A stretch of 64,000 bases of DNA from contig JBLDXI010000015.1 of assembly GCA_047495785.1 (NCBI GenBank), positions 4,588,001 to 4,652,000 on the forward strand, written 5' to 3'. The stretch is from Lepidodermella squamata (Eukaryota; Animalia; Gastrotricha). The notes below the pieces were generated by a model. The model was not told the origin of the DNA, did not search any database, and saw nothing but the letters and a program-made list of their open reading frames with translations. A program made the translations under genes and the position numbers. This document shows positions 35,903 to 47,965 of the stretch, piece by piece. How positions within the stretch are numbered: position 1 is the stretch's first letter; each line of letters begins with the position of its first letter.

Positions 35903-37793
35903 ATGACGGAGGTGGAGATTTCTCTATGTGTTCGCGTCGTCGGCGAACTTTTCGGCCCACTCTGCTCCAAAGTCTGCTATCATTTATTGAAAGAAGGCGA
36001 ACTGCCTTGTGCATTGCTCAAAAAATTCACGTCATTCTCAGCTGAAGAAATCAGACGAAGCTTAGCTGTGTTACTCCACAACCGCATAGTTTCAGTGATA
36101 CCAGGAAAAAGTGAGCTCTGAAAAGAAATCAGAAATAATTCGTAAAATTTGTAATTTCCAAGTGACCATGTATAACTGCAACGTTCACAGCGCGCTGTCG
36201 TTTTGTTTCTACAAGTACTACATTGCCCTGGTGAAGAAAATCTACGGCGACGTTTGCGAACTGGTTGTCGAAGAACTGCTCTTCATGGGCCAAATGACCT
36301 TCCTCGAGTGTGTCGAACGCACTGTCAAGCGGTACAACGCTGTAGTCGACCCGGAAGAAGCGCTATCTGTCGAACGTGTCAAAGACAAATTCACCGTGCT
36401 GTTGCGCGAGGGCATCATCGTTCAAGTCGTTGGCAATAACAGCGGTGGCGTCATCGAGCAGCAGTCGGCAGCGAACCAACCAGCTCAATCGTCGAAAACA
36501 GCGTCGGAAGATACAACCAGCATTGAATCAATTTTCGAGCAAACAAGTAATTTTCATGGAGTATTTCAATTTTTGTAAAGGATTTTTCTCCAGCCCGGAG
36601 AAAGAGATTCAGGCGCGATGGTCGAGGCGCGGCGAATGAGGAGCCCGATAATGTCGAGTCTCTGAAACGGGTTCGTGTCGAAGACCCGGATATCGGCCTC
36701 TACTACGGCGTGGGTCATACGTTGTTAGCTCGTCTCTTCGCCGAAGACTTTTTGATTCGGCTAGCGAGTGATTTCTACGACTCCGGAGCTGGCCGTGTCC
36801 TCTCCGCGATGTTTCGTATTGTTCGCAAGAAGCTGAACCAAATGGCAGGGCCGCAACCCGGTTGGGGCGGCCTGCCGTCAGTCGCTGCGTTCATCGAAGA
36901 CGTTTCGAGCGGTAAACTGCCGATTGGACCGAACGATATCGTGAAAGAGGTCAACGCGAAAAGCGCTTCCGCCAACTCGGCATCGTCTAGTCAACCCGAA
37001 ATGCCGCTTGTAACAGTTCAGCAGTATCTTTCGCTGTTGAGCGGCAAATTCAGCCCTGTCAAATTTATTTCAAAAATCGGAGAAAATACGTATGGTTGTG
37101 ATATGCAGCTAGCATTTCGCGGCATTTGCCAACGCAGCGTCGAAAACGTGATCGAGTACCGCTACGGCGTGAAAAGTCTTCGCATATTCAGAATGATCTT
37201 CCTTAACGAGTTCTGTGATCAAAAACAGGTTACAGAATTTTCCTGAAATTGATTAATTTTATTTGCAATTTTTTTGTTTTAAGATGGAGCAGACAGTTCT
37301 TATGCCTGTGAAAGAATGCCGAGAGCGGTTATACAATTTGATGTCGAATGGCTTTGTTGTGGTTCGAGAGGGTGTCTCGCTGAGTGGCGGGGGATCTGCG
37401 TCGGCTGGAGCCGGGGCTCGTTTTGGCACGGGGCGTGGCGGCGCTGCGATGGCCTATACCGTCGAGATGGATCGAGTATCTCGAATGCTACTGGAATGGA
37501 CTAAAAAAGCGCTGTTGAACTGTATAGTTCGTCGCGAGTTTGAAGTTCTGAGTAACAAGCGTATAATCGACCGTGAAAAACGCGTCATCGATCTGATGTC
37601 GACGATGGAGGAGGGCGAGCATTCGGCGGAGGATCGGGCCGCTCTCGAAGAAATGCTGCCACCGGCCGAGCGGCAACAAGCCGCTGCTATCCGCAAATGC
37701 GTTTTCAAACTCGAAAACGCGGAATGTCAACTAGTCGAATCGTTGTTCATATTTGAAACTGCTGCGAGGCTTTACAAAAATCACGCGTTTTAG
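35903..37793 (+). CDS. POLR3C: RNA polymerase III subunit RPC3 (RPC62/C82)
   Basis: MTEVEISLCVRVVGELFG..V...L start, IRRSLAVLLHN, IYGDVCELVVEELLFMGQMT, IEYRYGVKSLRIFR and EQTVLMPVKECRERLYNL; four exons with short introns. Confidence 0.88.
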
Positions 37794-37873
37794 TTTCATT
37801 GTTCCTTTTTTTGAGTGTGCAAAACTACTGCTGAATGAAAACAAATGAATTATATTTAGGTAGGTTTTATTTT

Positions 37874-39502
37874 ATGGCAAGTTATTGGGGTGCATTCAGC
37901 GACGACGAATCTGTCGATGCTGAAATTTTGAAGGCTATTTCCAAGTCCGAAAGTGGCGAGTTCATTTCCGATGACCAATTTGCGCTGTCTCTTCAGTGGG
38001 AAGAACTGAATGGAGCGAGCGAGAGCAGCAATGACAAATCGAAAAGCACGTTTGTTATCGAGTACGGCGACACGTTGGCCGATGAAGATGGTTTCGAGGT
38101 TATGCCAACGCCGAGTCAAACCTCGATGCCGAAATATGACGATTCGATGTCATCTTCCATAGCGCTATCCGACCCGCAATGGGAGTTGATTGACCCTACG
38201 CCTAATATTCACACGCTATTCATCGAATTCAACAAACGATTTTTCTGGGATAAACTCGGCGCTGTTGAAATTGGGTGGAGCAAGCGAATGACGACTTGCG
38301 CCGGAATTTGTTACTACTCAGGCAGCAGGTCGGGTTACTGCCGAATCGGTCTAAGCGAGCCGTTGCTGAAACTCCGAGCCCGCAAAGAATTATGCGAGAC
38401 ACTGCTTCACGAAATGATTCATGCCTATTTGTTTGTGACTAACAATAACATAGATCATGACGGGCACGGGGGCGAGTTTCATAAGCACATGTATCGGATA
38501 AATCAGGCAACTGGTCTTGCGATCAGTGTGTACCACACCTTCCACGACGAAGTTGCGCATTACAAACGGCACTGGTGGCGATGTGATGGTCCGTGTCGCA
38601 ACAGGCCGCCGTTTAATGGCTACGTGAAACGGGCTTCGAACCGGGCGCCGAGCAAACACGACACGTGGTGGGCGGCGCATGAGCGGAGTTGCGGCGGGAA
38701 ATTTATCAAGGTCAAAGAACCGGAGGAGTACACTGAAAAACAAAAGAAATTGCAGGCTAAAAAGGAAGCGGCGTTATCTGGCTCTCAAACTTCGATATCG
38801 AAAACTGCTAAACCGAAAAATGTGAGAGAAAAAAAAATCTTTTTCGTGACCTAATTAACAACTCTAATTTTTTTAAAGGGCGCTGTGTCTGGAAAGGATA
38901 TTCGTAATTTATGGTCGAATTCCGCAGGAACTTCGTCATCGCCATCTCCTTCTCCTTCGCCGGTCCCTTCGTCGTCTCTTTCGCAGATAGTAATCAGCAA
39001 ACCACCTCCAAAAACAACAAAACCTCCGCCATCTAACAAAACGGACTTCGGCGCCGATATTCGAAATTTTATCTCAGGAAGCTCATCGCAGCCTTCGATT
39101 TCAACCCAATCGAATTCTTCACGGGTTCCAATATCTTTCACCCAGCCGACTTCATCCCATTCCAAAACTACCTCTCAACATGAGATTTCGAGTACTCCTG
39201 TCGATGTAGATCTTTCTAGTAAAGCAACAACTTCGTCAGACGCAGTATTGAACTCTGGCTCTTACTTGCGGAGGATAATCGAGGAAAACCGGCGGCTTCG
39301 AGGTCTCGATCCTTTGCCGGCGCCATCCACCTCAAAATCGCCGGTGAAAGCAATAAGCCAGCCGGTTATTGTTCTGGACGATTCGAGTTCAAGCAGTTCA
39401 ACCGGATATCGGGAGACTACAGTAGCATGTCCTGTCTGCGGGATAAACGTGTCTGAAGCTTCAATTAACTTGCATTTGGATAACTGTCTTTCGAACTCTT
39501 AA
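37874..39502 (+). CDS. SPRTN: DNA-dependent metalloprotease Spartan
   Basis: DPQWELIDPTPNIHTLF, WSKRMTTCAGIC, ETLLHEMIHAYLF (HEXXH) and a C-terminal UBZ4 CPVC...HLDNCL; exons 37874-38821 and 38879-39502. Confidence 0.95.
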
Positions 39503-39771
39503 AACAAAAGTTGAAACTTTCTCATTTTTTTACTAGTTGAAAATAAATTTTGTTGCCATGTGCGATGGATAAATAAAACTCGAATGATTAGTTGCATATT
39601 TACATTTTATTGTACGAGACCTCGATTAGGATGGTTGTAAGGTCATGAGTTTATAGAAACGTTTAGCAATTTGCATCATGTGGATCATGATTCAAAATCA
39701 CTCGGATTATGAAAAAATTGTGAAGAATAAATGAAAAATATGTGAAAAAATCAGTCAGTGAAATAGGTTTT

Positions 39772-42549
39772 TCAGGCCGATTCAACATCAGCTGAAGCCT
39801 CCTCCTCGAGCTTGCTTTTGATCGGGTGAATGCGGCGCAGGCGACCGATGCGAATCAGCAGAAGAAAGTAGCCGATCAGGCGAAATCCAACAAGTAGAAC
39901 AGCTAGAGAAACGAAATTGCGCAAATGGTTGTCCTAAATTAAAAAAATGTAATTCAAAGTTACAGAAATTTATGAGACGCAAACAAACAATGCTGTAACT
40001 GAGGCTCGTGAGAACTTCTTCGCCGTTGTGGAAGCACCTTGTCGAAAATCCAACTTCGCTAGCGGTCGTAGCGTTCAAAGTAGAGTTGTCTTTGTGCCAG
40101 GATGGCGATGATGTCGTGAACTCGCATCTTCGAATTTATTGGTGATATTAATTTGAAAATCTCGAAAGATGATTACCCGATGTTGCCGAAATTGTGCCAC
40201 TGGTTTACGACCAAAATTTCATTTGCATACTTGAACCATGACAGATGAGCCAACCAAACAAAATAGACCGGAATAGACCTTGGCAATGAGGGGAAAATAA
40301 ACTTTCGAACAATAACGTATCATTTTAAGATATTACGCATCATTCAGCATGAAACCAGAGAACAGCATGAGTGGAACGATAATAGGGCTGGCAATAACTG
40401 TTGCAACCGACACATCACCAGCAGCCGCTGAAATGAAGTAACCTGGGAGAAATTGCAATTTAAGGTAGAAATATACTAGAAAACTTAATTTTGTTACCGA
40501 AAGAAACAACAACGTGGGTCAGGTAGACGATAGTAGCTACAAAGATGAAGAAGGCTTCAACGTCAAACTTCATTCCGACCATCCAGTACAAGATCTGAAC
40601 ATAATCACGTTTCCTTTTCTAATTAAGGTTGCTAGTAATATAGAATTAATTACCGTTGCAAAGATAATAGGCATGAAGGTGAATTGAGCAACATCGGCCA
40701 GCATTTTCGTCACATAGTAAATGCACGTGCTGTACATTCCGGCATGGTGTTCGCGTTTCACAATTGGAATATCTCTAGGGAAAGTCTAATCGACAAGAAT
40801 TCCTTGATACTTGAACCTAAACAATTTAGATGATATATGAACTCACACTGAAAACTGAGTAGGCATTTCCGAAAGTAGAGTTCGTGATGATGAGAAATAT
40901 CGCACCGTTGATATTTTGCACGCCCTTCTGATCGTTGTCCTGACGGAAGTAGAGAAACCCTTGAGCCAACAAAAAAGAAGCAATCAAATACCAAAAGGCA
41001 CTGTAGATTAATTACCAGTAAACAGGGCGATGATCAGTGTTTGACAGAGTCGTGCGATGATTATGCCCCGATCGCGGTAAGACGAAATGGAAGCCCTGTA
41101 AAATCACAGCAGTTCTCATATTGTAAACGCCAACATTACAAAATCCAACCGCCATAAACACAGTCGAAACTGATTCCAGGCACCGGTTTTATAGTCAGAA
41201 GCTGTTGGTACCGAGACCAAGTCAGCAGTCAAGGGCGACTATAGACAGAGGAAAATCAAACATTTTCTCCCGTAATTCATTGGATAGGTCTTACATTTGA
41301 ATGAATTTCGGCTTTTTCCAAAATCTCTTGCTCGCCTTTACCTTTCGACGTCGCGAAGGCATCGCACAGTTTCTCGACTTTTTCACGGCTCTCGAGCTCT
41401 TGGCCCGGCGGTATCGCGATGGCATTGATGTAGAAGTCCGCCTTAAAACAATGAAATTGTTCATTCCCATTTTCATGTTGAGATTCCTCTTACAGGGTTA
41501 AAATTTGCCGGGCAAACCATTCCTGCCCCGGCGAAAAATTCCCTCGCACCGGTAGCTGAGCCCATGTAAACAACTTTGCCGTTGGAAAGAAGCAGAAGGC
41601 TAAAAATCGGTATTGATCAGGTAAGATTGCGGCATAATTAAAAATCAAGAGCGAACTTGTCAAACATGGCGAAAATCTGCGATGAAGGCTGATGGATTGT
41701 GCACAAAATAGTCTTGCCCGCGTCGGCCATTGTCTTCAGCGTTTGCACAACGTTTTCAGCCATGAAGGAATCAAGGCCAGATGTGGGTTCGTCGCAAAAC
41801 ATAAGCGAAGGATTGGTCAAGACCTAAAAAGGTTTCGTTATTTTTGTTATTTATTGGGACATCGCAAAGAGACGACATCGATTTAACGAACCTCCGAAGC
41901 AAAAGATAAACGCTTGCGTTCACCGCCGGAAATAGCCTTGATTTTGTTAGGCTCTCCGATAGGCGTATCGGCGCATTTGACCAAGCTCAGTTCATTGATC
42001 ACTTCATCGATGCGCTGATTTCGAGCAGACTCGCTCACCTCCCCATCCATTCTGAGCATTGCCTGTACAATTATGTTGGAAAAGCGCATCGGAAAATTTG
42101 CTAAGAAAATATTACTTGAAACCAAAGATGCTCTCGAACTGTAAGGCAACCAAAAAATAAGTCGTCTTGCTGAACATATGCGGAAATTCTAGCTATTTCG
42201 CCGCCAATCGGTTGGCCGTTAACACGAACAGTACCCGATACTTTCAAATCAGAGCCGAAGCGATGCGTCAGGGCGTTCAGTAAGGTGGTCTTGCCCGAGC
42301 CGCTAGCTCCCATTATTGCCAACAATGCGCCCGGCTGAGCAACTCCGGATACTGAAAGGGAATCAAGAAGTTTTGAAAGAAAAAGCGTTTTTCATTAATA
42401 CCATTGCTCAATATCGTGATGCCTTCGGTCGATTTGCGCGTAAAACACGGTTTTTTCGGCGGCAATGAAACACTCAAATCGTGCCAGCTCAGTGTGACAC
42501 TCGGAGAGAGCTTCGATGATATATTGATTTGCTCTGGCGAGTCAAGCAT
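39772..42549 (-). CDS. white: White-like ABCG half transporter (many short introns)
   Basis: Walker [22 protein letters not shown], signature [41 protein letters not shown] and YLSWFKYAN-like TMD; about 13-14 introns; stop at 39772. Confidence 0.85.
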
Positions 42550-43172
42550 TTTCGATAAGCATGCAGAACCTCAACCCACAATTCGTGGCACAAGACGAAA
42601 TAATTGTGATAAAAGATGACCTTTGTAGTGCGAGGGAGCAATAAAATTCTGGCGGCTTGATGCGCAATTAGAGTAGTAATAAAATTAACCTTGTTGAGGT
42701 CATGACGCCGTCATGAAACACAACTCGACATTGATGGCACTCAGGAAGCAATTAGGGCTGTGTGTTTAACTTTTATTGACAACAAACCAGGACGGTTGCG
42801 CAATGGGTATTATGCTTCGGGAGAAGAATTTGGGGCCGAGATTCAACACAGGGGCTCTGATGCAATCGGAACTATCAAAATCTTATTTTATTTTGACGTG
42901 AAACTGAAAGAATTTTACCAAAAATAGGTAACTCCGTTGCTGCGTATAGTTGTTTTTTTTACCGGTCACAGCTTCAATCCCCGACGCGGTAAAACTCACC
43001 AGGTGCACCCTAAGTTTGTTGTTGTTGTGTTTTTATTTCAAGGATGTAATATTTGTCAAAAATAAAATGGGTATGGAGTTATTTAAAATAACAAAACTAG
43101 ACTAATATATCAGGTACAAGAAAGGAGACGTGTGTTGAGCAATATTATCGATGTGTCACATACTGCCAGCTT

Positions 43173-43943
43173 TTAGCCACGCCAGAAGTCGCGACCGATG
43201 CGGCATCCAGGTGAAGCTGCGTTGGGGTCAAGGTCGACCAAACGATAGTCTTGCAGCTCCTCGGCACAGATGTATCGCCCAGCAACAGTTAGAGTAGTCC
43301 AAAGGCCGATGCCTAGAATGATGGCGCTGACGGCGAGGCCTATTGAGCATTTGTACCGTCGAATAACACCTTGTCTTGTGAGATATTGCGGTGGGGTTTG
43401 ACATGCCAAAACGGCAGCTGGTATTGCAAGGGGCAGAAACATTATTAGCACGGAAATGGCTGACATTGCGATGGCTACGGATTGCAGTTTGGTCATCAGC
43501 TCACGCTCCCGTTGTCGCGTCTTGTACTTATCTAGAGCTGGCATTAACGAAGCTCGATGCTTCTTTAAATCCTGCTTGATCAATGGCCGATTTTTCGATT
43601 GTAGTTTCACCTGATGGTCAGTGACGATTCGAACCGGAGGTACGTGCAGTGCTTCATTACTCCCATCATTTTGATCTGGCTCGGCTTGATTTGAGTTAGC
43701 TGTTGAACGGGCTAAAGAATCGCTGTAGTCTTCGTTGGGCTGGGGTTGATCATCGAATGAGGCGATCGGTACTTGGAAATTCGAACTTCCGCCAGATTCG
43801 ACGCTTCTAGCTTTCGTTAAAGGCTTGCTCTCAACGACATTTCCGCTCGTTACCGAAATTTGGCTTAACGCTGGGCTGTAATGACCCGCTGATGCAGATC
43901 GAGCTGATAAGGCCTGTTGTAGGTCTTTCAAATTGGCGTACAT
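43173..43943 (-). CDS. CD225/dispanin-like membrane protein
   Basis: Disordered N-terminus, then hydrophobic AISVLIMFLPLAIPAAVLA and SIGLAVSAIILGIGLW segments in CD225-like spacing; single exon. Confidence 0.5.
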   Translation of the reverse strand: MYANLKDLQQALSARSASAGHYSPALSQISVTSGNVVESKPLTKARSVESGGSSNFQVPIASFDDQPQPNEDYSDSLARSTANSNQAEPDQNDGSNEALHVPPVRIVTDHQVKLQSKNRPLIKQDLKKHRASLMPALDKYKTRQRERELMTKLQSVAIAMSAISVLIMFLPLAIPAAVLACQTPPQYLTRQGVIRRYKCSIGLAVSAIILGIGLWTTLTVAGRYICAEELQDYRLVDLDPNAASPGCRIGRDFWRG

Positions 43944-45618
43944 GCAAAAATCTTACACCTTGCTCAACTCCTAGAATGAAGCAGTGATTTCATTACTCGT
44001 TTATTTACAGCGCTATATTTACGATGAGGAGGTATTGCTTATTTATAAACGCGGCAACTATAATACATTCAGTTTAACAAAACGCAATGCGCAGAGCAGG
44101 TATACCTGCATGCTGTGCGGTTGCATGCTATTTTTCCGCTCCACTTGAAATCACGATTCTAATATTACCTGTGCGTTTTATTATACGGCGGGCAGCGATT
44201 CGATAGTCGCGTGGCGAAAAAACAAGTCACGGCGCTATTATTCTACATATCCTTCCATTACAGTGAGCATATTTATTTATTTGTTTACACCCTAAAATTA
44301 TTCACCTTGCGAACAATTACCACCTTTTCAGCAACATTAAGCAACGTAAAAAATTGATCTTTCAGTTTTTAAATCTGCCGTTGGAACACAAAACCCTGGA
44401 AATATATATCCTCTAACCAACGAACACAACAAAAAGTAACGATTCTTTTCCTCTCCTTCATGCCGTGAGGCGTACAATAAACAGCTGAGGGAATGCTTGG
44501 CCCCGCCCAGCTATGAAGGTGCCCAAGAAAGCCATTGGCATAACTTTCGAAGGCCCCCAACTGCAGCCATTTGCTGAACTTCGAATGTTCCGTGGTCAGT
44601 GATTACGGCCGGGACGTTACGCATCAAGCAACAGTTCCTGAAGTTGGATATTTTGGAAAATGTTTTACGCGGGATTTTTATGTGTCCTTGCAATTTTCAT
44701 TGTCTCAAAATTGTTGGAGCCTCGCGCCGAAAAATTGAAGAATTTTCGCGAACTAAGCGACTGTTCTGCAACAAATTTTGAAGTATAGTGCGATATTTAC
44801 GGGCACCGTGGTTCGCGCTCTATAGGAGATAGCGCGCTTGGACTTGGCCTCATTTCGAGATCATCGATTTTTTCCTTAGCAGCTTTGATGCCGCCATTTT
44901 AGCCGCTGCATGCACCGATGGCTGAGTGATGGATTCAACTGAAAGAACTCGCTGCATTTGATTATAGCTTGTGAAGATAATATAGCCGTTAAAAAATCAA
45001 TTCACAACAGAATAGATGTTTTATTATTTCTCTTTCGCACTTGCATAAGAATAGTAGTAACATTTTAATAATATTCATTAGTATAAAGCCAATAACATGT
45101 AATTTTTTAGCCGCAAGTTCCGAAAATAACCATAGACAACCATAATCGTGGAAAAATTGAAGAGACAATCACTATCCAGACGTGCGTGAGACGCTAGTTT
45201 GACCCACGCGGTGAACCACCGAGTAACCATAAAAGCCGCGGATTGCACGAGGAGCTCTATAACGATGTTACAAATACGTATTTAGGGCGCACAAATTCAA
45301 CAATCACAGTTTTCTTCATCCATCGAAATGGCTAAACGACGATACGACGGGGGCAGTTTTAGTGTCAATTTCATAGCTCGAAAAAGCGGCGGCGGATGTG
45401 AACATAAATAGCGGCGAAGGCTAGAAAGTTCAATTGCGCAATGTTTTGACTAAAGTTTTTCATCAATGATTTGTGCACACCGATTTTAATACCGCTGAAA
45501 AGCACGCTTGAATTAATTCAAGGTCAATTAAATAGATAAAAATTGTCAAGTTATATATAGGTCGCATCGATTCAAGTCGAATTGAACAAGCAAACACAGG
45601 GCTAGTGGTTGGCGCCAA

Positions 45619-47965
45619 TCAAACTCGTAAGGCTCCTTCGTCCTCGAGGGCGACCTCGAAAACGACAGCTCGTTGGTCGGGCGGCGCTTGCTTGGCACGC
45701 TCGGCAAGGTCAATGAGCCGTTTGATACCGATCCAGATGCGAGCCCGCGACGGATTGTCAACCGAGGTCGCTTCGGTGAGACGGCCGTTGATGTATTCGA
45801 GCTCACGCGGCGTGAAACAATCGAGATTTTCAAGTGTTGTAATGACTTGGTCAGCCGCCTAAAATAAAATCGAATACAATCAATTTATAAATCTAAAAGC
45901 GTCAACTTACCGTGATATTGGGCGTGCCAATGACGCTGGAGAAGACACCAGAGAGGCCGAGATCATCGAGGACTTGCTTGGACGCAGTAGTGGCAATGAC
46001 AAGAAGGCGGCGATTGTGCGGTGCCGGCTCTTTCAGCAGCACCTTGAGCGCTTGCAAAACCAGGTTGGAGTAGCGAGGGCCGATCGGCGCGTAGTCAAGC
46101 AGCGTCTCAATGTCATCGAGAACAATGCAGCTGAGTGCCGATTTGTGCGCGTCGTCGAAGGCCTTTTTGATGGCAAGGCACTTGGCGCTTTCGTGATGCC
46201 CGACCATGGTGCGCGGCGTGCACATGCGAACGAACGGAAATCCGGCCCGGCGAGCAATTTCGCCAGCCAGCGCCGATTTGCCGCAAGCCTCCGGTCCGGA
46301 CAGCAGAATCGACGCCAGACGAGTGCGATCTGAACCACGCACTTGCGCAACAATTAGCTCGGCCGTGTCGAGTACGCGCTTGACAGGGTCGCCCCAAATG
46401 ACAATACCGTTAGGTGCCAAGTCCTGGAATACGTCATCCGATGTCCCGAAAGCTGGTTTTATATCGTTTTCCAGCGCGTATTCAAAATCTTCGCGGGTAA
46501 CCATCAAATTGTCACCGGCGTTATCGTTGAGTTGTATTTTGTTCGAAGCCTTGATCAAGCGGTTCATAGCGGTGAAAGTAGCCGCTCGGACGAGACCTTC
46601 GATCTCGGCGCCGCTAAAATTCCGCGTCCGCTTCGCTAGCTCAGTCAGCTGAATTTCCGACGCCAGCTTTTTGTTCTCCTTCAACAAATTCGTGTGAATG
46701 TTCAAGATTTGAAGACGGCCCGCTTCATCGGGCAAGCTGATCTCCATCTTGACCTCAAGACGGCCCGGGCGAAGCAGCGCCTCGTCGATCATGTCGAGAC
46801 GATTTGTCATGCCGATGACTAGAATGTTGTTCAACTGCTCAACACCGTCGATTTTCGCGAGTAGCTGGTTGACAACGGTATCGTGAACCGACGTCGAACC
46901 GGCGACTGAGCCACGGGCCTTACAAATGGCGTCGATTTCGTCGAAAATAATGATGTGAAGGGCGGAGTGAATACCAAGTCGCTTCTCCTCCTCTTCGGCC
47001 TCCGCAAACAATTTACGAACGTTTGACTCAGACTCGCCGACGTATTTGTCCAAAATTTGAGGACCGCTAATAATTTTAGGCTCACGAGCGTTCAGCATTT
47101 TGGAAATTTGACGTGCCATCAAGGTTTTGCCGGTACCAGGAGGACCGTACAACAGAATGCCGCGGACGTGCTTTAACCCCAACTGTTGAACAAGTTCGGG
47201 AGGGAAAACACGGCTGGCAAAAGCGCGACGGAAAATACCGGCGAATTCACGATCAAGACCTCCGATTCCCATTTTAGTGAAGTCCCAATCTGGGGAAATG
47301 ATGGAGTGCTGAGCCGATTTACCTTTAGCCTTGCCGATAAGGGCCAGAGACGCGTTTTCCGAACGCTCAAACGTAATGATGGTGTTGCCCATAATAAGCC
47401 CCACGTGGGTCAAGTGCGTTTTTGGTTCATTTGGGTCGCTCAAGTCGAGCGCATGCATCTCCTTGACGGTGGCAAGCATTGTTTTGTCCTTTTTCTCTGG
47501 AAATTGGTAAGCAAGAAACTCGCCGGCTGTGAAAGCGCGGTTGCGAAACTGGCTGAGGAAGTCCATGGCCATTTTTTCAGTATCGAATTGATCTACAGGT
47601 TGATTTGTATTGTTGGCTCGTTTCTGTAACAAATCAACCTCGATAGATAGGCTTTGCAAGCGCTGCTGCAATTGAGCGGGTGCAAGTTGAATTTCTTGAT
47701 TCAACGATAAGTTTGCCCATTTTCGCTGCAATGCGCCAACTCCTAGCATGCCGCGAGCTACGTCTTTGTGCGAAACCACAGTGAACATGTAGCTTTGACC
47801 GGGTGATACGAGCATGTTAACATGTCGGAACTGCTCGGCGTTCCAATCTTGAGGATTGACGACAATGCAGTTGGTCAGGGTCAACTCATCGGTGGGAATT
47901 TTAGAAACTTTCAGCTTGATACTACCCATCGGTTGGGCTGGCATGTTCCGAGGCGGAGCTGCCAT
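45619..47965 (-). CDS. NSF: Vesicle-fusing ATPase NSF, ~764 aa
   Basis: MGIGGLDREFAGIFRRAFASRVFPP, GILLYGPPGTGKT, IIIFDEIDAICK and a D2 domain with PIGPRYSNLVLQAL; exons 47965-45911 and 45858-45619. Confidence 0.98.

Noticed and set aside
42930-43075. tRNA/SINE-like or 18S-like words (TTCAATCCCCGAC, AAACTCACCAGG)
   Set aside because: No cloverleaf, poor A/B boxes and matches too short.
45974-47629. Long antisense and alternate-frame ORFs over NSF, and similar ones over PDHB, IBTK, BarH and the ankyrin gene
   Set aside because: Shadow ORFs expected from the GC-rich codon usage of the real genes.
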